From NCBI GenBank assembly GCA_965652025.1, contig CBFGTM010000005.1, positions 3,771 to 67,770 on the forward strand: DNA of 64,000 nt. The letters are read 5' to 3'. The notes below the pieces were generated by a model. It had not been told where the DNA came from. It was given only the letters and a program-made list of their open reading frames with translations, and did not search any database. Origin of the DNA: an uncultured Gemmatimonadales bacterium. GTDB lineage: Bacteria > Gemmatimonadota > Gemmatimonadetes > Gemmatimonadales > GWC2-71-9. Made by a program: the position numbers and the translations under genes. Positions 28,234-37,025 of the stretch are shown here, in pieces. Numbering within the stretch: the first letter of the stretch is position 1; each line of letters opens with the position of its first letter.

Positions 28234-30076
28234 ACACCTCGAACGGAGGGACTGGCGTAAGCTTCTCGTACTGACTCCGCACAGTGCCGGCGATCCGAAC
28301 CGAGGCGGGAGTATTGTACTTATCCGTGGGATCGTAAAGCACAAGCTTAGGTGGGCGACAGCGGAGCACTTGTAGCACTGAGTCGAGGTCGGCGGCGGAT
28401 CTGATCCCGACTGCTGTATTGTAAAACCTGAACGGATTGGTCCGGCGGCCGAGAAAATACAACTCAGCGTTGTTTGGAAGCGCAAAGATCGTGTCGCCCA
28501 GCTGAGTCTCGCGGTCGATCAGGCCCACAAGTGACTGGTAGAGCTGGGCATCGGCGGCGTCGACGTATATCCCCGCTACAGAGGAAGGAAAGGGTGTAAC
28601 GGGAAAGCGCCGTTCGCCCGCCACCCCGCCCTGAAGGTTGAGCGTCAGTGGCATTGCTGCCTGATAGTACAGTGCCACGCCGGCGATCGCGGCTGAGAGA
28701 GCCGCTACCAGTCCTCTGATGGCTGCGCGTGACTCGGCCGTTAGAAGCAAGACGGCGGCTAAGCTCAGTCCAACGGTATAAAACAGGTAAATCGGCACCT
28801 GGTAGTGCAGCGACACGAGGGCGTAGAACGTGGCAATGACCGGCAAAGGATGAATGCTCGAGCGGCTGCCGCGAACCAGGGCGCGGAACAGGAGTAGGCC
28901 CAGCAGCGCTGAAATCAGGAGCAAGGAGGTGTACAGGCCGGCATTGAGGAGTCTGTCCACCTCACCGGAATGAAAGCCACGCCAGGCCAGGATTCCGATC
29001 ATGAGGTATCCCGGCCTCTTCATGAATTCCAGCCGAGGAAGGGCTAGAGCGGCGCCAAAGGTATCCTGGACCCAGCTCCCCATGGCTCCATGCGCGAGGT
29101 GGTAAGCGAAGAGCGGAAGGCCCGAGATCAGCCCACCGAGCGCGAGCTTGCCCAGGGTGGTGACTACCTCCCGGTTGGACCGGTTCGTCCGTCGCCACGC
29201 GCAAGCCAGAACTGCAAGGGGCCAGACGCCGAAGAGAACCCAGCCGAATGGGTCGGTGGCACGCAGGATGTACCCCATGAGCACGAGGGCAATGAGAGCC
29301 AGGATTGCCCACGCCAATACTGGACGGTCTCGGCCGACACTCCCGGGCTTCTCCAGAACCAGGAAGACCAGCACCCCAGCGGCGAGGAAGACGCCCGAAA
29401 GCTGGCGGAACAGGAAGGCAGTGCCAAGCAAGATCCCAGTTACGACATCTCGCGACGCAAGTCCTACCCGGCTCCACGAAAGCCAGGCAATCGTCACGAC
29501 TGCCAGGAACAAGATGTACCAGTTTGCAGTTGGGTTCAGAAACTGAACGAAACCCAGCGACGTGAGTGCCAGAGCGCTCACGATGGCTGTAGTAAATCCC
29601 CGATTCCGAAGAATCAGGAACATGAGTCCTGCTTGAATGACGGTCAGCATCGCCAGCGGATACCGCATGCTGACTATCCGGACGCCAAAGAGCGAGAAGG
29701 CAGCCGCATTCGCGAGGTTGACATAGCCGGGATAGAGGTCCTGAACGTCTCGATGGAGCACCTGACCCAGCAGGATGCGCTCGGCAACGTGGGCGTAGAG
29801 CCCCTCATCGGCCGGCGCCCAAAAGCGATTGTGATAGATGATCATGACGATGGTGCTGATCAGCACCACCAGAATGAGAGCGGCCCCGGACCGCAGATCC
29901 CAGGGGCCGGAGCTCCATCCGGAGTTGTCGCAGCTACCGCCGAGACGGGGGTTTTTTTGGCTCAGCTGTCGCTGGCGGGGAGTCGGAGCCGCCCGACTCT
30001 TCTGGGGTCGGAGTTTCAACTCGGCTCTCGGGTGGCTCCGGTAGGGTAAGGGTACTCTGGCCCCGGGAATCGACAC
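28172..30076 (-). CDS. GT-C membrane glycosyltransferase, ArnT/PMT (GT39/GT83)-like
   Basis: Polytopic. After the first TM helix (AALILVVLISTIVMIIY) comes the loop FWAPADEGLYAHVAERILLG, matching the acidic DE-loop of ArnT/PMT enzymes. Start uncertain: GTG 30076, TTG 30019 or further downstream. Confidence 0.7.
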   Translation of the reverse strand: MSIPGARVPLPYRSHPRAELKLRPQKSRAAPTPRQRQLSQKNPRLGGSCDNSGWSSGPWDLRSGAALILVVLISTIVMIIYHNRFWAPADEGLYAHVAERILLGQVLHRDVQDLYPGYVNLANAAAFSLFGVRIVSMRYPLAMLTVIQAGLMFLILRNRGFTTAIVSALALTSLGFVQFLNPTANWYILFLAVVTIAWLSWSRVGLASRDVVTGILLGTAFLFRQLSGVFLAAGVLVFLVLEKPGSVGRDRPVLAWAILALIALVLMGYILRATDPFGWVLFGVWPLAVLACAWRRTNRSNREVVTTLGKLALGGLISGLPLFAYHLAHGAMGSWVQDTFGAALALPRLEFMKRPGYLMIGILAWRGFHSGEVDRLLNAGLYTSLLLISALLGLLLFRALVRGSRSSIHPLPVIATFYALVSLHYQVPIYLFYTVGLSLAAVLLLTAESRAAIRGLVAALSAAIAGVALYYQAAMPLTLNLQGGVAGERRFPVTPFPSSVAGIYVDAADAQLYQSLVGLIDRETQLGDTIFALPNNAELYFLGRRTNPFRFYNTAVGIRSAADLDSVLQVLRCRPPKLVLYDPTDKYNTPASVRIAGTVRSQYEKLTPVPPFEVFRATHPADCGTTSQPEQSRR

Positions 30077-30653
30077 CCATGCCGACCTTGGCGTCCCCGG
30101 ATCTATCGGCGAAGACCAGAGTGGAGGAGCCGCCTCGTACCAGACTCAGAACCGTTCGGGTGGTCCCGTTCTCATCGGCAAGCAGCAGGCTGACCGTCTG
30201 GTCCGGCAGCAGACCCAACACGGCACGAGAGCGCCCGGCGGAATCCCGGATGGTGATTCCCGATGCTCCATCAGGCAGCGAGGCCAGGCTCAAGCCGGCC
30301 TTGCTGCCGGGTGAGTGGAGGCTCAGGCGCATGGCTCCATTCTGCGAAGCCCCCCAGGTACCGCGTATCGCTCCGTTGGCGTCACGCAGCAGGAACTGTT
30401 TCGCCTCGACGACCTCGGCCACGGTGCCGGGCAAACCGTGGTTGGCGGACACGATCACCAGCGCGGTGGCCAGCCCCAGCAGTAACGCCCCGGTAACGAC
30501 GGTTCCCATCCAGAGGCGCCGCAGCCGGCGATTCTCCCGGGCCTGTTCCTCAATGCGAACCGTCAGGCCCCGCTCCAGCTCGTGCATCTGCCGCCGGACC
30601 GGATCTGGAGGCACCTCTGGCTTGAACGGATCGCCCTGCTTAATGCCGGTCAT
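29934..30653 (-). CDS. Membrane-anchored protein with four ~25-aa beta-hairpin-like repeats and a Pro/Glu-rich tail
   Basis: ATG 30653 forms an ATGA overlap with the ATPase stop. One TM helix (VVTGALLLGLATALVIV). Repeats: FLLRDANGAIRGTWG..MRLSL, ITIRDSAGRSRAVLG..VSLLL, LLLADENGTTRTVLSL, LVFADRSGDAKVGMG..STLTL. Confidence 0.6.
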   Translation of the reverse strand: MTGIKQGDPFKPEVPPDPVRRQMHELERGLTVRIEEQARENRRLRRLWMGTVVTGALLLGLATALVIVSANHGLPGTVAEVVEAKQFLLRDANGAIRGTWGASQNGAMRLSLHSPGSKAGLSLASLPDGASGITIRDSAGRSRAVLGLLPDQTVSLLLADENGTTRTVLSLVRGGSSTLVFADRSGDAKVGMGVDSRGQSTLTLPEPPESRVETPTPEESGGSDSPPATAEPKKPPSRR

Positions 30654-31984
30654 GCCGCGCCACTCACCAGGAAGTATGATCGACAGGCACCTTCCAGCAG
30701 ATCCTGACTCAGCTGCGGTCTGGTCTCCCGGTACTTGGCGATGTCCTCGACATGAGAGATGAGATCGCGTGGATGGCACCCGCGAGGAGGTATCCCAAGC
30801 TTGTCGTAGAACTCGCTAAAGACGTACGCCACCGCCTCGGACTGGTAGGTCAGCCCCTCCGCCGCGCACTGCGCGCGGAAGATCTGCTCGTACTGCTCCC
30901 GGGTCGGATCGGTGACCGGAATCTTGTAGTGGATTCGGCGCAGGAAGGCTTCCTCCACCAGCTCAGCAGGGTCGAGGTTGGTCGCAAAAATCAGCAGACA
31001 GTCGAACGGAACGGGGAACTTGCCCCCGGTATGCAGCGTCAGGTAATCGAGCCTCTTTTCCAGAGGTACGATCCATCGATTCAGGAGGTCGCGGGGTGGA
31101 ACTCTCTGCCGCCCAAAATCGTCTACGATCAAGACGCCGCCATTCGCCTTTACCTGGAATGGGGCCTGATACAACTTCGTGAACGGATCGTAGCGCAAGT
31201 CGAGCTGGTCCAGAGTGAGCTCACCGCCGGTGAGCACCACCGGCCGCCGGATCCTGACGTAGCGCCGATCATAGCTGGGCCCGCTCTTCCATAGCGACTC
31301 TATCCCGACAACTTGCTCCTCCGTCTCGATCTCCTGGTGGTGGACCGGGTCGTAGATCAGCATGATCTGCCCATCCACATCCACCGCAAACGGCAAGTAC
31401 AGCTCCCCACCCAGCAAGTCGGAGATTGCCTCAGCAATGGCCGTCTTGCCATTTCCTGGATGGCCGTACAAGAATATCGATTTGGAGGAGTTGACCGCCG
31501 GCCCCAAGATGTCGAAGATGGCTTCGTCCAGGACCAGGTGGCTGAATCCCGCGCGAAGAGACTCCTGGGTAACCTGCGCCAGTTTGATCGACTGAGCATG
31601 GATCCAGCGATCGTACTGCACCAAAGGCACCGGTGCTGGGCCAACGTACTGGCTGGCCTCCAGGGCCTCCCTGGCGCGGTCCCGCCCCTCGTTGACCAGA
31701 TCGAAGAGGTAACTACCCCGATGAGGCGCGGTTGTGCCGCGAACCTCAATGAACCTGCGCTGCTGGAGAGTCAGCAGCTCCTCATCGACCAGTGGAAACG
31801 GTAGTCGGACAAAATCGGCCAGGTACTGGCCGGTCCGGGAGCCCTGGACATACAGCACCTTGAGCAGCAGATCGCGAACCGCATCGGCCGAGAGGCCGGT
31901 ATCAGCCAGCTTCTCCGGACTAGGCGGAATGGCCAGCGACTCGGCAAGATGCGGCTCGTGAGATATCAATGGCGTGGCGCTCAC
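30650..31984 (-). CDS. AAA+ ATPase with unassigned N-terminal domain
   Basis: Walker A LYGHPGNGKTAIA, Walker B VLIVDDFGRQ, IFATNLDP (sensor 1), AFLRRIHYKI. GTG 31984 forms a GTGA overlap with the DUF192 stop. Confidence 0.85.
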   Translation of the reverse strand: MSATPLISHEPHLAESLAIPPSPEKLADTGLSADAVRDLLLKVLYVQGSRTGQYLADFVRLPFPLVDEELLTLQQRRFIEVRGTTAPHRGSYLFDLVNEGRDRAREALEASQYVGPAPVPLVQYDRWIHAQSIKLAQVTQESLRAGFSHLVLDEAIFDILGPAVNSSKSIFLYGHPGNGKTAIAEAISDLLGGELYLPFAVDVDGQIMLIYDPVHHQEIETEEQVVGIESLWKSGPSYDRRYVRIRRPVVLTGGELTLDQLDLRYDPFTKLYQAPFQVKANGGVLIVDDFGRQRVPPRDLLNRWIVPLEKRLDYLTLHTGGKFPVPFDCLLIFATNLDPAELVEEAFLRRIHYKIPVTDPTREQYEQIFRAQCAAEGLTYQSEAVAYVFSEFYDKLGIPPRGCHPRDLISHVEDIAKYRETRPQLSQDLLEGACRSYFLVSGAA

Positions 31985-32379
31985 GAGGCCGCTTCCAGGC
32001 TTGACGGTGGCGGAGCGGTTCTTGAAGGGGCGGTCCAGACCAGGACGTCGCCTAATCTGGTGCCCGATTCAGCCAGTGCGCCGCTCGGGAGCTCCAGTGC
32101 GTGAGCGGCATTCCGGTGCCAGCGGGTTCGGGATCCTGGCGGCAGGGAAGGGTAGAGGGCTATCACTGTGCCTCCCTGGTCCAAGAATGCCACGTCAAGC
32201 GGGAACCGCATGCCATACATGTGCACCGAGGCGCAAGGCGTCAGTAAGAGACCCTCTCCTGGCCCCGGCTCCGGTCGAGCCAGCATCCCCCTCAGCCGTG
32301 GCAGCCAGCGGTCCGCGATGCGGATCCGGGATCCTAGCTCCTGTTGAGCCCGGGTATTGACCACTCGAACCAGCCGCAT
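31981..32379 (-). CDS. DUF192-family protein
   Basis: RLRGMLARPEPGPGEGLLLTPCASVHMYGMRFPLDVAFLDQGGTV matches the DUF192 (COG1430) core pattern. TGATG overlap with the tadC stop. Confidence 0.8.
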   Translation of the reverse strand: MRLVRVVNTRAQQELGSRIRIADRWLPRLRGMLARPEPGPGEGLLLTPCASVHMYGMRFPLDVAFLDQGGTVIALYPSLPPGSRTRWHRNAAHALELPSGALAESGTRLGDVLVWTAPSRTAPPPSSLEAAS

Positions 32380-33302
32380 CAGAGCTTACTGAACGTCCGG
32401 AAGATGGCGAGCGCGGACGGACCAATTACCACCACGAACATTGCCGGAAACACCAGCAGCACGAGGGGAAACACTAGTTTGATGGTCGTCTTGGCGGCGG
32501 CCTCTTCAGCGCGCTGCCGCCGCTTGGTCCGCATCGTCTCCGAATGCACCCGGAGGGCATCGGCCACGGAGGTTCCGAAGCGATCAGTCTGAATCATCAT
32601 GCTGACCAGCGATCGTATATCCGGCAGGCCGGTGCGATCGGCGAAGTTCTTGAGAGCCTCGTCCCGTGGAGTCCCCGCTCGCATTTCCAGGTTGACCAGG
32701 GAAAGCTGTTCCGCCATGACCGTGCTCACGTGCTCGATCTCATCGGCCACCCGCACCAGGGCTTGATTGAGCCCCAGGCCGGCCTCGACACAGACCACCA
32801 ACATGTCCAGCATGTCGGGCAAGGCGAGCTGAACCTCTTTCTGTCTAGCCTTGAGCCGGCGGCGCACGTAAAAGGTAGGCCCGATCCATCCCAACGCCCC
32901 AAAGTACGCGACCGCAAGCATCACTTGGCTGGTGCCCACGCCCAACACTGGCAGACCAAAGAGGGCCAGGATGGGGAGCCCTCCGGCAAGGCTGACCCGG
33001 GTAGCCCAATAGATCGAAACCGCCCGAGGGTCGGAGAAGCCGGCCTGAAGCAGGAACTGCCGCACGGCAGTAGCATCGTTGCGACCGCCTCCAACTTGCT
33101 GCCCCAGGGTCTGGAGCACCTTCAACAGCCGCTCGGATTTGAGCTGGCGACGCCGCCGGGCCACCGTATCGTGCTGGTCGCCGAAGTGCTGGATCTGGTC
33201 CAGACGCCCGACAACCGAGTCGCGTCCGGGCCGGAGCTGCAGCAGCGTCAGGGCGAATAGTGCGACGGTCAGGCCGGTCAGAAGCAGAATTATCGCGAGC
33301 AT
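32379..33302 (-). CDS. tadC: Tad pilus platform protein TadC (T2SS F family)
   Basis: N-terminal TM helix, a cytoplasmic domain, then T2SSF-type C-terminal helices (MAEQLSLVNLEMRAGTPRDEAL, IQTDRFGTSVADALR). Confidence 0.9.
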   Translation of the reverse strand: MLAIILLLTGLTVALFALTLLQLRPGRDSVVGRLDQIQHFGDQHDTVARRRRQLKSERLLKVLQTLGQQVGGGRNDATAVRQFLLQAGFSDPRAVSIYWATRVSLAGGLPILALFGLPVLGVGTSQVMLAVAYFGALGWIGPTFYVRRRLKARQKEVQLALPDMLDMLVVCVEAGLGLNQALVRVADEIEHVSTVMAEQLSLVNLEMRAGTPRDEALKNFADRTGLPDIRSLVSMMIQTDRFGTSVADALRVHSETMRTKRRQRAEEAAAKTTIKLVFPLVLLVFPAMFVVVIGPSALAIFRTFSKL

Positions 33303-33309
33303 GGACGGC

Positions 33310-34299
33310 TCAAATCTCGATTCTGATGATCTTCCGGATCCAGAGGAACCCTAGTAGCTGCATCGAGATGGCAGCAACAATCAGGATTTTCCCGATCGGA
33401 TCGGTGAACAGGATCGACATGTACTGAGGGTTCAGCATGTACAAGAGCGAAAAGATGATGATTGGTAAGGCGGAAAGCAGATACCCGGTCATCCTCCCCT
33501 GGGCGGTATACACCCGGATCTGCCGCCGAATGGTGAAGCGGGCCCGCACCACAGCCGCCAGGTTGTCCAAAATCTCGGCGAGATTGCCGCCAACCTCGCG
33601 CTGAATGAGGATTGCCGTCACCAGGATCCGAACGTCCACCAGGTTGATCCGGTCGGCCAGGGACAGGAGCGAGTCCTGCAAGGGCAGTCCGAACCGTTGC
33701 TCCTCGAACACTCGACGAAACTCTCCTGCCACCGGCTCCGGCCCGTCGTCAGCCGCCATCTTAAAGCCCGCCGAGAGTGGATGGCCAGCCCGCAGGGCTC
33801 GGCCCACCAAGTCTATCGATTCGGGCAGGAACTCTTCAAAGGCGCTGAGTCGCTTGGTTCGCTTCCGACGGACATACATGGTTGGGAGCCATGCTCCCAA
33901 TACAGTAGCCACGAAGGCGATGGGCACCGATCGGGTCAGGATCAATGTCATGGTGCCCAGCCCGACTGCCGTGCCGAGGGAGAGTATAAAAAGAGTTTGA
34001 AGGGTCCAGGAGACCGCGGCCTGCTGCAGCAGGAACTCGGCGTCCTGGAGTTGAGGCACCCGGGAAACGAGAGGCCGAAGCCAGGGCGACTGCATGACCG
34101 CGGCGCGGAAGACAGTGGAGCCCTGCCCGGCGGCTCCCAGCGGCTCGTTGGCAAGCGAGCGGAGCTGATCTACCATGCCGCGCTTGCGCCGGTTCTCCTG
34201 GAGCCATTCCCAGAGGAACACCACGGAAACGGTGGCCAGGGCCACCACGATGAAGGCGACCAGCGCCGGCAACCAAGTGCTGGAGGGCAGGTCTACCAT
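33310..34299 (-). CDS. tadB: Tad pilus platform protein TadB (T2SS F family)
   Basis: [38 protein letters not shown]. Overlaps the cpaF stop by 7 nt. Confidence 0.9.
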   Translation of the reverse strand: MVDLPSSTWLPALVAFIVVALATVSVVFLWEWLQENRRKRGMVDQLRSLANEPLGAAGQGSTVFRAAVMQSPWLRPLVSRVPQLQDAEFLLQQAAVSWTLQTLFILSLGTAVGLGTMTLILTRSVPIAFVATVLGAWLPTMYVRRKRTKRLSAFEEFLPESIDLVGRALRAGHPLSAGFKMAADDGPEPVAGEFRRVFEEQRFGLPLQDSLLSLADRINLVDVRILVTAILIQREVGGNLAEILDNLAAVVRARFTIRRQIRVYTAQGRMTGYLLSALPIIIFSLLYMLNPQYMSILFTDPIGKILIVAAISMQLLGFLWIRKIIRIEI

Positions 34300-35732
34300 C
34301 GTGGCATCCCCGCGCGGCCATTCTCGGGGTTGGAGAAAAGGAGGGCCGACAGATCGATGCCGTAGCTCTTGAGCCGGTCGGAGAACCGAGGCCGAATGCC
34401 GGAGGCGCGGAATTGTCCGAGAACCTTGTCGTTCTCGGCGATTCCCTCGCGCTCGTATACGAAGATGTCCTGCATGGTAATGATTTCACCCTCCATGCCG
34501 ACGATCTCGGAGACCTGCATCAGCTTACGGGAGCCGTCGGAAAGCCGGCTCAGTTGGATCACCACGTTGATGGCGCTGGCGATCTGCTGCCGCATGGCGC
34601 GCTCGGGCAACTCCAGGTTGGCCATAGAGATCATGGTCTCGAGGCGGCTGAGGGCATCACGAGGCGTGTTCGCGTGCAGCGTCGTCAGGGAGCCGTCGTG
34701 ACCGGTGTTCATGGCCTGGAGCATGTCGACCGCTTCAGATCCGCGACACTCACCCATGATGATCCGGTCGGGCCGCATTCGGAGCGCGTTGATCAGGAGC
34801 ATGCGTTGAGGGACCTCACCCTGGCCCTCGATATTGGCCGGGCGAGTCTCCAGCCGCACCACATGGGGCTGTTTAAGCTGGAGCTCAGCCGAATCCTCGA
34901 TGGTGACGATCCGCTCGTTGGCCGGAATAAAGGATGAAAGAATGTTGAGTAGGGTCGTCTTCCCAGCGCCGGTACCGCCCGAGATCAGGACGTTGAGCCG
35001 GGCCTTAACGATGGCCTTGAGGAGGGCGAGCATCGGCTCGGTGAGGCTATCGGTGCGGAGGAGATCCTCACCTGACAAGGCGTCACGCCTGAATTTGCGG
35101 ATCGAAAGGTGCGGGCCATCAAGAGCCAGGGGCCTGATGATCGCGTTGACACGGGAGCCGTCCGGTAGTCGGGCGTCAACCATGGGAGAGGAGTCGTCGA
35201 TCCGCCTTCCTACGGCGGAAACGATCCGGTCGATCACCTGGAGCAGGTGACGGTCGTCCTGGAACATCACGTCGGTCTTTTCCAGCCGGCCATGACGCTC
35301 GATGAACACCTGCTTATAGGTATTGACCAGAATGTCGGATATCTCTGGATCCTTGATCAGCGGCTCCAGCGGTCCCAGGCCAAAAATCTCGTCCAGCACC
35401 TGGACCACGACCGTGTCCCGCTCCTCAAAATTGAGCGGCACCGACTCCTGAGTAATCAGGTCCTGGACGACTCGCCGGACTGCCTCGGCAACCTGCTGGC
35501 GATCGAGCCGATCGAGATTAGAGAGGTTCAGCCGCTCCAGCAGCTTCCGGTGCACCCGGCCTTTCACTTGTTGGAGTGCATGAATGCTTTGGGCGTCCTC
35601 TGTCACTCCGGTTTGGATCGATGGAGCGGTGGATGCGTTCGTGCCCCCGGTGCGGGCTGTTTCCCAGGGCAGGGGAGGTCGGTTGCCATTCCCGGCAGGA
35701 GGAACGCCAGTGGAGATCTTGGGGTCGGTCAT
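34293..35732 (-). CDS. cpaF: Tad pilus secretion ATPase CpaF/TadA
   Basis: Walker [25 protein letters not shown], Walker [13 protein letters not shown], His box [12 protein letters not shown]. Confidence 0.95.
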   Translation of the reverse strand: MTDPKISTGVPPAGNGNRPPLPWETARTGGTNASTAPSIQTGVTEDAQSIHALQQVKGRVHRKLLERLNLSNLDRLDRQQVAEAVRRVVQDLITQESVPLNFEERDTVVVQVLDEIFGLGPLEPLIKDPEISDILVNTYKQVFIERHGRLEKTDVMFQDDRHLLQVIDRIVSAVGRRIDDSSPMVDARLPDGSRVNAIIRPLALDGPHLSIRKFRRDALSGEDLLRTDSLTEPMLALLKAIVKARLNVLISGGTGAGKTTLLNILSSFIPANERIVTIEDSAELQLKQPHVVRLETRPANIEGQGEVPQRMLLINALRMRPDRIIMGECRGSEAVDMLQAMNTGHDGSLTTLHANTPRDALSRLETMISMANLELPERAMRQQIASAINVVIQLSRLSDGSRKLMQVSEIVGMEGEIITMQDIFVYEREGIAENDKVLGQFRASGIRPRFSDRLKSYGIDLSALLFSNPENGRAGMPRW

Positions 35733-35735
35733 GCC

Positions 35736-37007
35736 CTACTTCCTTCCTTCTTGGCGCTGCCTTTTTTTGCCTACGATGCCCTGAAACCGCGATGCCAGAA
35801 GCCGGCCCAGCCGTGAACGGTGCAAGGATTTGTCGACCGGCTTGCCGGTGATTTGGGCGGCGAGCCCGGCCAGATCTCGAGTGTAGGGAGAGCCACCGTT
35901 CAGAACGATGGGCTTTCCCGCGGTGACCGAGCTCGTCACCGCTTCGTAGTCGTTGCTCACCTTCCAGAACACCCTCATGCCGAGGCTGCGCTCCACGTCC
36001 TCCACTGAGACTGTATCTCTGGGATCGTACCGGTTGAGGATAAGACGGATCTGCTCCTGACCTTTGGTGAGCACTCGTTTGAACAGCGGCATTCCGCGCT
36101 GAATGTTCCGCAAGGACTGCAGGTCGGCGATGCCGATCACGAACAAGAGGTCGGCTTGTTCGAAGACTGCCAGCGTGGATGGCCCAAAAGAGCGGGGGGT
36201 ATCGACAATGATGTAGTCATAATGCTGGCGGAGGAAAGCCAGAACACGACGGACCTGTTCAGCGGTGATCTGGTCGGCCTTGTCCGGCTCCACCGGAGCG
36301 GACAGAAGATCGATCCCCGAAGGATGGTGATCGATGTATGACGCGAGCAGCCCGGCATCCATCCGGCGGAAGTTTTCGACAAAGTCTATCAAGCTGAAGC
36401 GGGGCTGGGTCCCTAAAATGAGAGCGCTCTCGCCCAGCTCGAGATCCAGATCCACCAAAAGAGTCTTCGTCTTGGTCATTCGGTGGAGCAGGATAGCGAG
36501 GTTGGTGGCAAGAGTAGTGGAACCGGCTCCGCCCTTGGGGCTGAAGAAGGAAAAGATCTTGCCGGGCTGGCGCTGTTTGTCGCTATCGGCCTTGCGTAGC
36601 TTCTGGGCCGAACGCATGGCAGCGGCGCGGAGATCCTCGGGAAGCACCGGCTTGGGGAGGTAGTCTGAAACCCCCACCCGCATGGCTTGCAGCAGCTGCT
36701 CGCTGGAGAGCACCGGACCAGTGGCTATGAAAAGCTGGCTTGGGTTCAGCTCTACCAAGTACTGGATTAACTGAAGCCCCAGGTCCTGATTCTCTTCCAG
36801 ATCCAGAAAGATCAACTCCGGGGCGGCGGCTCGAAGAGCCTGGATCTGCTGTTCCCCCAGTTGATACAGGGGTACGTTGAGCTCCAGCTCCAGGCTGAGA
36901 GGCCGATCGGGGCCGCTCAGGAGCTGCTTGACCTGGGCCACGAACGAGGAGTCGCTGGAGAGGAGACCAGCTCGCGACAGCAGTCCGTCAGCCATGACGC
37001 GGCGCAA
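35736..37007 (-). CDS. tadZ: CpaE/TadZ: receiver-like N-domain plus ParA/MinD-type ATPase
   Basis: Deviant Walker A FFSPKGGAGSTTLATNLA, IIVDTPR. N-terminal REC-like fold (ELIFLDL...DYLPKP). TTG 37007 or ATG 36995 start. Confidence 0.85.
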   Translation of the reverse strand: MRRVMADGLLSRAGLLSSDSSFVAQVKQLLSGPDRPLSLELELNVPLYQLGEQQIQALRAAAPELIFLDLEENQDLGLQLIQYLVELNPSQLFIATGPVLSSEQLLQAMRVGVSDYLPKPVLPEDLRAAAMRSAQKLRKADSDKQRQPGKIFSFFSPKGGAGSTTLATNLAILLHRMTKTKTLLVDLDLELGESALILGTQPRFSLIDFVENFRRMDAGLLASYIDHHPSGIDLLSAPVEPDKADQITAEQVRRVLAFLRQHYDYIIVDTPRSFGPSTLAVFEQADLLFVIGIADLQSLRNIQRGMPLFKRVLTKGQEQIRLILNRYDPRDTVSVEDVERSLGMRVFWKVSNDYEAVTSSVTAGKPIVLNGGSPYTRDLAGLAAQITGKPVDKSLHRSRLGRLLASRFQGIVGKKRQRQEGRK

Positions 37008-37025
37008 CCTGTATCACTATAGGTC

